Part shown: piece after piece, positions 23,142 to 35,435 of the stretch
Layout of the letters: every line of letters starts with the position of its first letter
Position numbering within the stretch: position 1 is the first letter of the stretch
Assembly (NCBI RefSeq): GCF_000400465.1
Contig: NW_008806278.1
Span: 202,592 to 264,591, forward strand
DNA from: Wallemia ichthyophaga EXF-994
Lineage: Eukaryota; Fungi; Basidiomycota
Reading direction: 5' to 3'
Length of the DNA: 62,000 nt
Made by a program: the position numbers and the translations under genes
The notes under the pieces: generated by a model
What the model was told of the DNA's origin: nothing
Databases searched by the model: none
The model's input: only the letters and a program-made list of their open reading frames with translations

Positions 23142-25222
23142 ATGGAGGCTGTGGGTCTTACGCGTGCATGCCTCGTTCAACATCTAATGTATACGTTTTA
23201 GCGCTCTTCACGTCTACCACTCAAGAGGAAGGCTTCCTCTTCTGCAGCGACATCAACCGCGAAATCTCGAACAGCAGTACCTGTAAAATCGGTGTCCAAT
23301 GACTCTTTCAAGACATCAAATTTCAAGCCCACAAATGCAAAGGTTCGTTGTCGTTATCTACATTAGCAAATCATTGAATAGTATCAGCCGCTTGATGAGA
23401 ACGCACAAAAGTATTGGGAAGGAAAACTTAAAGATCTCAAAGAAGTCACTGACAGCGAGTTAAGCAAAAGTAAGTCGTCACCACCAAGTATCCTACTAAA
23501 ACTGATTCTCGTTGGTAGTCGTCGAAATGGAGAGAATGCGTGATCGCATGCAACTAATTGAACGCGAACAACTAGAAGCTCGTAAAAGACAAGCAACAAC
23601 GGATGAATTGAATGATGCTAAATCTCAACATGCCGATCAACTTTCAATATTGGAACAGCAGCACAAAGATCGTGTAGATGAACTAGAATCTCAAGTATCT
23701 TATCTTGAAAAGATACACAAAGCTCTTGGAGAGGAACTGAACATGGAAAAAACTCACTCAAAGAAGCTTAAGTCTGAGTTAGCCAAATATACAAATAACT
23801 CTATGGCGTTGGAATCTGATGCCAAGGTTATCAAGCAAGCTTTAGCCGATGCTGAGTTCAAGCTTAGTAAGGCAAAAGAAAGTGGTGCAACCAGAGAAGA
23901 CGAAATGATGGTCATGCAAAATAAATTGAGAGAGATGGAAGATGAACTAAGAGCTGGTGAAACCTTGAGAAAGAGGCTACATAACACTATTCAGGAGTTG
24001 AAAGGAAATGTTAGAGTTTTTGCACGCGTTAGACCAAAATTACAACGCGATCACACGAGTCAAGTAGCTAGATTGGTCTACCCAGACGGACTCAACAAAG
24101 ATGGTGGCAAACAGATCACTCTAGAATCCTCAACTACCACTGCTGAAGGTAAAAACCGTGATCAAAGCTATAATTTCACTTTCGATCGAGTTTTCGGTCC
24201 ACAGTCTTTGCAAGATGAGATTTTCAGTGAAATTGAGCAACTTACTCAAAGCGTACTTGACGGATATAACGTTAGGTCTCACTGCTGCTTGATGACTTAT
24301 CTGACATATTGTCACAGGTCTGCATATTCGCATATGGTCAGACTGGAAGTGGCAAGTCGTGGACAATGGAAGGCGGTGTAAGTTTAGCTTGCTGGAAGAT
24401 TATACAAGTTGCTTACCATTAGTAGTCACATACAGGCAGAGATGCAGGTATGATTCCGAGAGCAATATATCACATCTTTGACACTACACGTAAATTGGAG
24501 GATCAAGGGTGGTCATTCGATATGCAAGGACAGTTTTTAGAGATTGTAAGTGATTGCAAAGTTGCATACTTTCAGTCTCACTCATGTCTCATCAGTACAA
24601 TGAGACAATAAACGATCTGCTAGGCTCGGGCGAACAAGAGAAGAAACACAATATTACACACGATAAGAATGGCTCAACGACAGTTTCCGATGTGGTTGTT
24701 GTACCACTACACGAGCCAAGTAATGTACATAATCTGTTGAAGAAGGCAAATAAGAAGCGTACGACAGCAACCACTAGAGTACACGAGCAATCTTCTCGTA
24801 GCTCAAGTGTATTTAGCTTAAAACTGCATGGGAAGAATGATGTTACTGGTGAAGAGCTGAGATCGGTGCTCAACCTGGTTGATCTAGCAGGTTCGGAGAG
24901 GTTAGATTCAACTGGCACTCTCAGTGACCCTGTTAGATTGAAAGAGACACAATCCATCAATAAATCACTCAGCTCACTATCAGACGTAATTTCAGCTCTT
25001 GGATCATCTAACAGTGGCTCTGTCTCTCACATTCCATATAGAAACTCGAAGCTGACATACTTATTACAAAACAGTTTGAACAGCAATAGTAAGACTTTGA
25101 TGTTTTTAAACTTATCACCTATGCAAGATCATCTTCAAGAGTCTTTGTGTTCATTGAGATTCGCATTGAAAGTTCATAGCACACATATTGGACAAGCAAA
25201 AAGAACAATGACTGTAAAGTAA
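23142..25222 (+). CDS. KAR3: Kinesin-14 (C-terminal motor, Kar3/Klp2-like), multi-exon
   Basis: Coiled coil, then LHNTIQELKGNVRVFARVRP, FTFDRVF, P-loop AYGQTGSGKS (after splicing), SSRS, LVDLAGSER and HIPYRNSKLT. Start codon inferred. Confidence 0.9.
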
Positions 25223-25239
25223 ACATGTACACCTAATTA

Positions 25240-26427
25240 TTATGAATTCTTCATATATTTATCAAAGTTTGCCCAACGTTGTTTAGTTTCGATTAATGTT
25301 TGTTGAGTGACATTGGCAACGCTGACGCGCAGATGGTAATTTGCATCATTTTTGTCATCGGTAGTGAAAAATGAACCAGGTAATGTCAAGACACCGAACT
25401 CTTTCGAAAAAATAGAGGCAATCTCGATTGACGATTGAGGAAATGGGTATCTAATAAAGGCGTAATAGGCACCAGATGAGGATATTTGCCAACCATTCAA
25501 ATCCTCAATGATTGACTTGAGTAGAAGATGTTTCTCTAAAAGAGATGTTTTCTGAAATTGTTTAAACTCACTCAAGTCTTCATAGATCGGTGCGATTGCA
25601 GATTGGGCTAAATTTGAGGATGAAATTTGGTAACAATCAGATATCTTTAGACATTGATGAATGAAATCATTGTGGGCGACAATGGAACCCAGTCTGAGAC
25701 CAGGTATTGCCAAATCCTTAGAGAAAGAATGTAAGGATATGAGATTCGGGAGTTTCGTTGAGTATAGAGAGTGAGGTTGGGTAAAAGAACAAAAAGATCT
25801 GTAAGTTTCGTCCAAGATAAGAGGAATGTCATTGTCCGAGCAAATACGCAAGCATTGCTCAAGTATTGAAGAAGGTATTGATACGCCAGTTGGGTTGTTG
25901 GGAGTGACCAGAACTACAGCTCTTGTGTTCACATCAATTAATTGAGTCAGACTATCTGGAACTGGTATAAATGAGTTGACGGATTGGCAATCCAACAGTT
26001 TCGTTGCGACGCCTAACTGAGAGAGAGTCATTTCATGATTGAAGTAGAAGGGAGATTGTAAGATAACATTATTATTCTCTCCAAATTGGATTAAAGCTAA
26101 AATACTTGTGTAAAATGCAGCATTTGCACCTGGTGTAATCAAAAGGTTATCAGTAGATAACGTTGACTTGTAGTAATCGTTGAGATCTTTTGAGAATGCG
26201 TCCTTGAAGGCAGGGTGTCCAGATATATCACCATATTGATAAACGCTATTCGTTGTACTCCGCCTTGATAACTCCTGCTGCAGTAACGGAGAAGGAGGAT
26301 CAATTGGAACACCTTGTGAAAGATTATAAGAAACTTGACCTTCAAATTCAGCTAGCCATTGCTTGGCTTGTTGAATCGGAGGTAACTTGGAATTAATAAG
26401 CGTCCTCGACAGTTTAAACCCAACCAT
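25240..26427 (-). CDS. PLP-dependent class I/II aminotransferase
   Basis: ITPGANAAF, VTPNNPTG, ILDETY and PLP-lysine motif SFSKDLAIPGLRLG. The only upstream ATG is at 26427. Confidence 0.88.
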   Translation of the reverse strand: MVGFKLSRTLINSKLPPIQQAKQWLAEFEGQVSYNLSQGVPIDPPSPLLQQELSRRSTTNSVYQYGDISGHPAFKDAFSKDLNDYYKSTLSTDNLLITPGANAAFYTSILALIQFGENNNVILQSPFYFNHEMTLSQLGVATKLLDCQSVNSFIPVPDSLTQLIDVNTRAVVLVTPNNPTGVSIPSSILEQCLRICSDNDIPLILDETYRSFCSFTQPHSLYSTKLPNLISLHSFSKDLAIPGLRLGSIVAHNDFIHQCLKISDCYQISSSNLAQSAIAPIYEDLSEFKQFQKTSLLEKHLLLKSIIEDLNGWQISSSGAYYAFIRYPFPQSSIEIASIFSKEFGVLTLPGSFFTTDDKNDANYHLRVSVANVTQQTLIETKQRWANFDKYMKNS

Positions 26428-28586
26428 GACAGACAGCGTTAAGGAAAGGCTCACTGATCAATTGAAACGTTCGGAAGAATCGACGGTAAAGGACGAGACT
26501 AAAGACAGCAAGAACAAAGTCACGTTCAATTCTAATTTCCAGCAGTTGTACTTCATATTCACTGAGTCAGGCAAGCCAGTCTTCAACAGCGACGAGTTCC
26601 ATGATAGTTACAGGCTATCTATCAAGCAGTTCAATCAGGCGCTGAAATCTAAGACCTCCCTTGACTCCTTGAAGACTACTTCCATAAAATCATTACGTTT
26701 GGGCAACGTCACCAATATCTCAAATGGCAGTACAGGCCTTGATTATACTTCGCTAATGGGCGTTTTGAACCTTATTTTCAACCTAGTTTCTATCGATGGC
26801 GACGAGTTGAAGTTCATAAAGGCTAACAATGATCTCACTATCCACTTCAGCAAGTTTGACCATCTCATTTACGTGTACTTGTCTAATCTAAACGAATCTA
26901 ACAAGATTATTAGTACAAGGCTTTGTCTCTTGCACGAACAGGTGTTATCGATTATACCAAAGCATCACTTGAATAAAATTCTCACTACGAAACCGAACTA
27001 CGATCTCAGGCAATTAGTGGAAGGTTCCGAGGCTCTGCTAAAGAATTTCATTATTTCTTTGGAGTCTAGTTTTCATTATAACTTACAAGCCATTCAACCT
27101 TTCAAAATGGACTTCAAATTCAGATCTCACATTGGCAACCTCTTAATCCCACCAAAGCACCTCAGATCTCATCACTTGTATACCATCTTGTTTGCCTTCG
27201 GTAAAGTCATCACGATTATTAGACCGAAAAGGCATAGTATTCATCCTACGGGCAAGTCGACCTACAAATTTACATCAATCATACTCATATTAACTCACAG
27301 ATCTCATTATAATTCTCAATACAGTAACTTCGTCGCCTAGTCTACGTAGTTGCGAATCATGGTTACCGTTATCTCTTCCCAAATTCATTACTAACGGCTT
27401 CTTAAATGCCTATATTGCATTCATTCCACCATCGGCACATCTCAGAGAGTCAATGGGCTTTTCAAGCTTCCCTGAAATTGGTGTGATACATATCACAGGT
27501 AACCCTGAATCTTTCGATGATGTCTCTAGTTGGTGGTACACAGTTAAACAGACTATGGTCGATCAAGGCGTGTTTGATGACATATACAAAGGTGCAAGTG
27601 ATTCGATTTATAGCTGTGGTGATGTTTCTGTTCCAGGTCTTCGGCATTTCATATTCAAATCTAAAGCCAACGTTCAGATTACTTGTCCTACTTACGATAG
27701 CATTTACGCACAAGATATGCATTCGAGACAACGTCTACTAAACTCGTACGACAAGCTATACAATCTCGTTCACTCTCCAAGTTCTGAATCTAGTATACCA
27801 AAGACTAGCTCAGGTGAATCGCTCAGATCTCCTAATGACAATGCTAGCAGACGTGACAGTACGTTTGCTGACAGAAGTAGTATCATTGGATCTGGAGATA
27901 GTTTAATCCGAGCTGGTGACACGAAAAATTTATCAACAGAACAGTCAGCTATTGCCTCCTCTTCTGCATCTGTTTCCACAACTCAACAGGAAGATGAAGA
28001 TAAAAATCCGAACGAATCCTCCGAAATAGCACGTCCTAGGCAAGAAGAACAAAATTCCAATAGCCATAATGTCGAAAGCAAACGAATTGAAAAGCAAAAT
28101 AATGAGCAGACGTATGAAAGTAATCAAAGCGATAATAGCGATCACGTTATACCCACGACGTCGAATCTACAAATCAACAACGACAACATGAAAGATACCG
28201 AATTGACATTACCACATAGGGTAATAAATAGTTCAATTTCACAACAGCTCCTTAGAGCAACAGTGTTAACACCAGCGAATATGCTTAAAGCAACTACGTC
28301 AATGATGTCTTATGTGCCCTCTCTACCTCAGTTAGGTCCGAGAAGGATAAATCATAGCCCGCAGGCGCCACAACAAATAAGACCTCGCACTAGTCAGAGG
28401 CTCTCTTACTTTATTAAAAACGAACATGAGAGTGTATTGGTATGGTCAACAAGGATATTCGAGCTGTATATCGCGTTACCTGCATCGATGCCACATAGCG
28501 CTGCTGTAAATTGTGCTCAATCGCTCGTTAAATGGGTAAGGAAAGAGGAACCGAGTCTATTCCTAGGTAATACTCCAACATTCTAA
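26426..28586 (+). CDS. MON1: Vacuolar fusion protein Mon1 (longin domains), with a GC-AG intron
   Basis: YFIFTESGKPVF, TKPNYDLRQLVEGSE, RPKRHSIHPTDL, SWLPLSLPKF; the C-terminus ends LVKWVRKEEPSLFL. Confidence 0.9.
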
Positions 28587-28665
28587 AATCATTGCATGTA
28601 CAATTTTGGCATCTTTCGTTATGTAGTGATTTCTAAGTTTAAAATTTTGCTTGCTTCATTGTTTA

Positions 28666-30470
28666 TTATGGTACATTTTTGGTAGTGTCCAATCTATTGA
28701 TTAGCCAAGAGACAGTGATAGGAATGCTTCTTGTTCTTGATATGACGTTAATCGTTCTAATTCTTGTATCATCATCTAATCCATTTGATCTAATTGTAAG
28801 TTCATTTTGCTCATATGTAACCGTAAAAATTAGCGAACTATCGACATTTACTTCTAATGAAAGAGGTTCATTTGTAAGGATCACTGATACGCCAATTTGA
28901 TTGCTACATTCATTTAAGAGCTTGCATCCATACAAGCAGCTTGTCAAAAGCTCCTCGAAGTACAAGTGCTCTTTGATAATCTGTTTTACGTTAAAATTTC
29001 ACTTGTGTTAGAAAATGCATACCTCTATAATTCTCAGTAGTTCTGAGAATGTCCTAAATGGTACTACTGATAGCTTTGCCATGTTATTTTTACCCTCTGA
29101 GCAGCTTATTGTATATAGTTGACTCTTTGAATTAGCCAGTGACTGTGGAGTGAGATGAGCATGAACAACCTGCACAATGAGAGACTTACTTGAGTTACAG
29201 GTCGTACAGATGTTTGCAAGAAGCGCTGGTATAAGCAATCCAGCCAAGTAATTTCCACTTTATGATCATTCTGCATATTATCACTATATCCCAGCGCAGA
29301 CTGTATCGCCAAACAGACATTTTTTGGTAAATAGAGATCTTTGTTTAGACAAGCATAAGCTATTATGGCTTTTTCAGAGCTTGGTAGTACTTGTAAGTTT
29401 GCGTTTGATGGTACGTGATGTTTAAAAGTTGGATGAACTTTTGACGGGATTGGTTGATTGAAAGGCCACGAGCTCTCTCGTAACTCGACATGGATAGTAC
29501 AAGTGTCATTGTGAGAAAGAGCCTGAATAGCTTGGGCTGGGTCAAACAATTCACGAGAAGACACATGCAGCAACTGGGTGAGATAAGGTCGTATTGAGTG
29601 ATTGAGAGTTAGACCATGTCCAGATATGTCTAATGATGGGTATAGATGCAAATATTTAGGTTGTGATATCAAGCTAAGTTTTGAATAAGCGGTGGATTGG
29701 TTTATGGATAAGACTCACGAGTTTTCTGCAGAACACAAATCGACGAAAGCCTTAATAAGCGCTTCAAAGCTCACGAAAAGGTCATTCTCGTTGCCTAATT
29801 TTTGACTGAGCTTGTCAAGCAAGACTAGCTGATGTAGATTACGCTTAAATCTTTGAAAAGCACGTTCGCTTCTGAGAGGGGTTGATTCAGTACTACTTAA
29901 ATCGCTTTTCGGTGCTACGAAATCGTTCAAGTCATTGATCAAGAGCTTATCAATTGGTTCAAGGGCGCTGTTTGAGTTGGTAGCGTAGGATGTTTGGAGT
30001 CGGGTAAGTGAAGGTTGCTGGTTGGGTGAGCTGGTAAGATCAACATCTATTACTAAGATAGTTCCAGCTATAGTGACTGTATGAACAGTGAATTGAGCGT
30101 GTGTTGAATGATCCTGGAAGGCTTCGAGTCCTAATTCTTTAGCAGCAGACTCAATGCGGGTCATTAGAGAGGATGGCGATTGATCTTCTAAGCTGGAGTG
30201 AACGTAGGGGGTGCAGTAGGTGTCGCGACATTTGATAAGCCTGTGTATAGCATTCGCATCAACGGCGTCATTTGTAGCTGATTTGAATTGCGCGTTGTAT
30301 TTACTGAAGAAATTCAATATCTCCGCTGATTTTGTATTGGTGTTGTTGCTGTTGTTGGTATTTCTGTCTACGAGATTCCTCAATCTAAGCAAAAGATCGA
30401 CGTGATGATGAGAATTCCAAGGGGAATCCTTGGAAATTAAATCGAAATAGAGGCTAAATATCTCTGACAT
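28666..30470 (-). CDS. Probable Mediator subunit Med1 (multi-exon)
   Basis: ORFs 29715-30470, 29106-29672 and downstream exons are linked by GT-AG introns. AKELGLEAF...VTIAGTILVIDVDL resembles fungal Med1. Confidence 0.5.
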
Positions 30471-30580
30471 TATTTTTGCACCGGTTCCTGGCCTTGGTCG
30501 TTGGTTGTCTACTCACACACCGCGCGCTTTAAAATTTCAAATCAAACCTTCTTTCTTCTCTAGCAGACACTTGAATTAAA

Positions 30581-31734
30581 ATGTAAGAATTTAATAGCCA
30601 CAGATATATATAACTGACAGCCATCCCAGGTCAGAGCAACTTCACTACAAGGGTTCCTTAGCCGCACATGGAAACTGGGTTACTGCCATCGCAACCTCTG
30701 CTGAGAACCCAGACATGATCCTCACGGCTTCCCGTGACAGAACTGTCATCGTCTGGCAACTCACCCGCGACGACGCCCAATACGGTTACCCAAAGCGTAT
30801 CCTCAAGGGCCACAACCACTTCGTATCTGATGTCTCCATTTCTTACGATGGTCAATTCGCTTTGTCTTCATCATGGGACAAGACTCTCCGTCTTTGGGAC
30901 TTGAACACTGGTGCCACCACCAGACGTTTCGTCGGCCACGAAGCTGATGTCCTTTCTGTGTCTTTCTCCGCAGACAACAGACAAATCGTCTCGGGATCCC
31001 GTGACCGTACCATCAAGCTCTGGAACACCCTTGGTGAATGCAAGTTCGACATTAAGGATGAAGGTCACTCAGAATGGGTTTCATGCGTCCGTTTCTCACC
31101 AAACCCAATGAACCCTGTCATTGTCTCAGCTGGTTGGGACAAGGTTGTTAAGGTAGGTTTTCTCTACTTGATGACGTTGAGACGAGTCGGTATGATGTAT
31201 TGTTTAATATTTGCTACTTCAGAGAGTACGCTCGATGAGACATATGAACCACCAAGATCTCTGACCACTCAACCAACGTCCGAATTTCTTTATTTTCAGT
31301 ACTAACCTAGTCTACAGGTTTGGGAACTTTCAAACTGCAAGCTCAAGACCAACCACCACGGTCACACTGGCTACATCAACACCGTCTCCGTCTCTCCAGA
31401 TGGCTCTCTTGCTGCCTCAGGTGGTAAGGACGGTATCACCATGCTCTGGGACCTTAACGAGGGTAAGCACCTCTACTCCCTCGAGGCTGGTGACATTGTC
31501 AACGCACTCGTCTTCTCACCAAACCGTTACTGGTTGTGCGCTGCTACTTCATCATGCATCAAGATCTTCGACCTCGAGTCCAAGTCAATCGTCGATGAAC
31601 TCAAGCCAGACTTTGTTGACATTGGCAAGAACGCCCGTGAGCCAGAAGCTGTCTCTCTCTCATGGTCAGCAGACGGTCAAACTCTCTTCGCTGGTTTCAC
31701 CGACAACGCTGTCCGTGTCTGGACCGTCGCTTAA
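30581..31734 (+). CDS. ASC1: RACK1 / G-beta-like WD40 ribosomal protein
   Basis: Spliced [23 protein letters not shown]...SASWDKT-type WD repeats...[36 protein letters not shown]; strongly biased codon usage. Confidence 0.97.
31186..31268 (+). ncRNA. snR24: Box C/D snoRNA U24 (snR24) in a RACK1 intron
   Basis: Box C ATGATG at 31192, guides ATATTTGCTACTTC and CACCAAGATCT, box D CTGA at 31261, terminal stem gagt(c)gg/ccactc. Lies in the long intron 31153-31317, the same host gene as in yeast. Confidence 0.9.
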
Positions 31735-31872
31735 ATTTAAGCTGTATAAGATAAACAGGGTATTGGGTTTTGTAACACTATTGCGAGGAACTCATGATTT
31801 TACCGATACTTTGATATTAAACGTCTGATTTATGATGTGTGCGAAAACGTATTTATATTTGTACATGTCTTT

Positions 31873-32238
31873 CTATCTACGCTCGCCTCTCTTGAAGTAG
31901 GAGCTGTTGACTACATATCCGGTCACGCCGTCTAATGGATCGATTTTAGTTGGTGCACTACACTATACCATATACCCACCATAACAAAATTCACCAATCC
32001 CCAAATATTTCTTGGCAATAGATTTTGCTGTCTCTTCTTCCGTGAACTTCTCTATATCTGGGCTGTTTTCTGATTAATTTTGCTTACTTGCGTACTTGTT
32101 CGCTCACCTGAATCCTGTGCTTCTCTTAACGCCAGCAAGCACAGTTGAAAGCAACACAGCGTCGATACCGTAATGTGTAAGTCTCTATTTTATTCTCAGA
32201 TGGTTTATTCACGCGTAGTGTCCACTGACAGCGAGCAT
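31873..32238 (-). CDS. Small DUF1748-family protein (4 exons)
   Basis: Spliced MLA-RLTHYGIDAVLLSTVLAGVKRSTGF-SPDIEKFTEEETAKSIAKKYLGIGEFCY-DGVTGYVVNSSYFKRGERR. Confidence 0.75.
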
Positions 32239-32580
32239 CCTTAAGTATGATGGTTGATGAAACAAACCAAGAAACATCAACGTATAAAGTCTTAATAAAT
32301 ACAAATTAAACGAGTACTTTCATAAGTCCTATGCTCAAGAAATCCCCTTCGTTCTTACCTACGCCATTCTTAGTCCACGGCAATAATGTAGGAGTTCCGA
32401 CGCAGATCAAAGAGCTTAGTAGGGACTCATCTAAATCTTTACGGTCAAATATCACCGTGATTCTCACAGATTTACCGGCGACGGGTAGAGGAGATTATTG
32501 CGTTCCTGAGCCGGCGATACTATCCCCTGAGGCCAATAAAAGGAAAAATTATACTTTAAAGTTGCACCAAAACCACAAAT

Positions 32581-33661
32581 ATGTCAGATCCAGGAAATAT
32601 TTACCATTACAACACTGAAGATGGCTTTCCCACCCTATCACATACCGCCGTTTTCGCTGTTTTCTTTGGCCTTTTCACTGTTGCACACATAATTCAAGCA
32701 GGCTGGAAAAAACAGTGGTGGCTGTATGCAACGTTAGTCATTTTTGGTCTGATGGAGGTTATTGGATGGGCGGGTGAGCGATCAAAACTTTCAAGTGCAT
32801 GCTTTGACATAGTCATACAGCCAGATGCACAGATTCAAGAACAGGTTATATCATTCAAACTTCTCTTCTGGTTATTGCACCATGCTTCCTCACTGCGTTC
32901 ATATACTATGATCTAGCAAACGTCCTTCGCCTCTACGGCCCTTACAGCATTATGCCCTCCAAAACAACTGGTATCGTATACATTACGCTCGATGTCTTGT
33001 GCATCTTGATTCAAGCCGCGGTGGGTAGACTCCAGCTCCTTGAACTCCCTAACAAGTGACAGGGAGGTGGCCTTGCAGCTTCAGCATCTAGTAGCAATCA
33101 GAGTAACGGAGCTGATGCAGCTGATAGGGTTAATCTCGGTTCTAATGTTGTCTTAGCAGGGTAAGTCTGCTCACATGCTACAAAACAAATCTAAACAAGC
33201 TCATAGAATTGCATTGCAGCTAGTTGTAGTATTGGCATACTCTTGCTTCCTCGGTGAATTCGTTGTCAGATACTACACGAACAGACCAGTTAAGCGTGAG
33301 CGCCCACCAGCAGCTGTTATTAGACTATCAAGCAGAGAGCAGCTCAAACTCAAACTCAGACTTGTTATGCTCTGTATTATCACCACGTTGGTAATCTGGA
33401 GATCAGCATTTAGAGTGGCGTAAGTTAATACTACTGTTCTCGGTCACGCAGCTGATTCAAATTAGGGAGCTTAATGCTGGCTGGGAAGGCGATCTGATGA
33501 GGAATCAGGACGCTTTCGACACCTGCGACGGTATGCCAATGTTGCTTTGCCTGGCTGTTTCTTCTCTCCTCCATATTGGCTGGTTGAATCCAGACCCGTC
33601 GATGATGAGAAATCGCAATCACGCTTCATATTCTAGCGAAGGCAAACACGAACTCGTATAG
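32581..33661 (+). CDS. RTA1-like lipid-translocating exporter, paralog 1 (multi-exon)
   Basis: 7-TM pattern: EVIGWAG, LLVIAPCFLTAFIY, DVLCILIQAAGGG, AGIALQL, RSAFRVAEL..GWEG, FDTCDG. Confidence 0.82.
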
Positions 33662-35435
33662 AAATTTGGCATCTCTTATCCACTTTCTTTGCTTTAATCC
33701 TCTTGGGACACTTTTTACTAAAGAAATTCAGACTTTAGTGTGTATTTGGCTATGCATGTGAGCCTGATTGTTAATTAGGACTTTTATTTAAGTTGCAGCT
33801 GTGAGAGATACTTAGTTGGAAAGATTCGCGAGCTGTGTACTCTTTTGCACTCGTGTCTTACAATTATTCGTAAATACAATAGGTGATATTGTAGGCTGCA
33901 CCTCATTAGAGCCTTAAAACTACTGACTTCTTCAGATTAGCGTCCTCTCGATTGGGTCCATGACATAGAGGAATGATAATGGCGTCTGATTTTCATATTC
34001 GATAGTATCATTGAATAAGCATCAATTTTAATGCATTCAGCCGCTGCACCTTTCTCTTATCACATAAGGTATAAAGGTTATTATCGCAGCTCAGCAACAG
34101 ATCAGGAATGGCCAATCACCGCAAAATCCAATAAACGACATTTGGTACTAAATTCAAAGACTAAATACATACACATGACACATTAGTTCATCTCTCATCT
34201 CCCACCTTTACATGAATTAGCACAGTAAAGGACATTATATCGAGGCCGAAAAGGACGTACTCAATGACGAGTTGGCCATGGCTCATAGACGGCTGCCATT
34301 AAGCTGTCTTTATACCAATCTGTTTTTAACACCTTTGTAAGAAGTTTGCATGTTTGCTACTCATAAATGACGTAGTGAAGTGCTCTGTACTAGTCTAACT
34401 AGAGGTGGCATGTTTCAGAGAGTATAATTTAGTATTTAAAGTTATGAATTCCTACTATCCTGACTACTGTGATTCCATTTTGGCCTTTACTGCCTTAACA
34501 CCATCATTATTTGAATCTCTGAATGAACCTGATGAAGTCAAAACATCGATTTGAGAGTTGGGCTAACCCCCCTTTTCTTTGAATGTTCTAGATGAAATAG
34601 GCATTTAATAATCCGAAAGACAGTACATTTTGGCCTGGAGCCAGCATTAAGTCCTGTAGACTCTACTTGTCGAAAAATGTAAATCGCGTCTAGACGGGTA
34701 AGCATTTGAGATTCCTGGATTATTGCACCCTCAATCAGCTGCAAATATGCGTGTTTATTAATTAACCACGTCAAACCATCCATATCTATCCTAAAACGTG
34801 CTAAAGAGCGATGTCGGATAGCAACTTCCGAACAGCCTACAGTGCGCAATTGGAGACTCATGAAAATAATTTTGGCGACATGTATTAGAGATAATTTAGG
34901 GCTGTTTTTCAAGCTGTTTTATTTGGACATCATCAAAATTCGTAAATCAGCCATCTGAGATGAGATAGATGGTGGTCGAGAAATCCAATTTGGCGGATAT
35001 CGAGCAGATTAGGGAGAGAAAAGTATCTTTGGAGTGCTAGGATTCCTATAAAGCCAACGATGTTACTAGAGTATATAATCTGCCAGTATGAGGTTTCACT
35101 GTGCGGATCTCCACACTTCTGCGGCGATTTGTAGGTATGATTGAGTACTTGCTGCTCAATAAAACATATCTGGCCTCTTTCAAGTGTAGCTAAGGCCTTT
35201 TTAAATCCCTCACTACCTTACAAACCGGTGAGGTCATCAGTGTTGGATGACTGATGATCACTTTTTTAAAAATTAGCTAGAATTCGCATTACTGCGACAT
35301 GTGCTACTACTGCCTAAAATTAACCACTGCGATTTGTCGGGCACTCATCTCGGTGATCATCGTCACCGAGCCCAGCAGCGCCCAGCGTCTTGGGCTTACA
35401 TCTTAATTGGTGACAACTACTAGCATAATTTTAAA

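Noticed and set aside
1-25222. Separase and kinesin-14 flanking the putative centromere as a functional cluster
   Set aside because: They are interspersed with unrelated housekeeping genes, so this is most simply chance.
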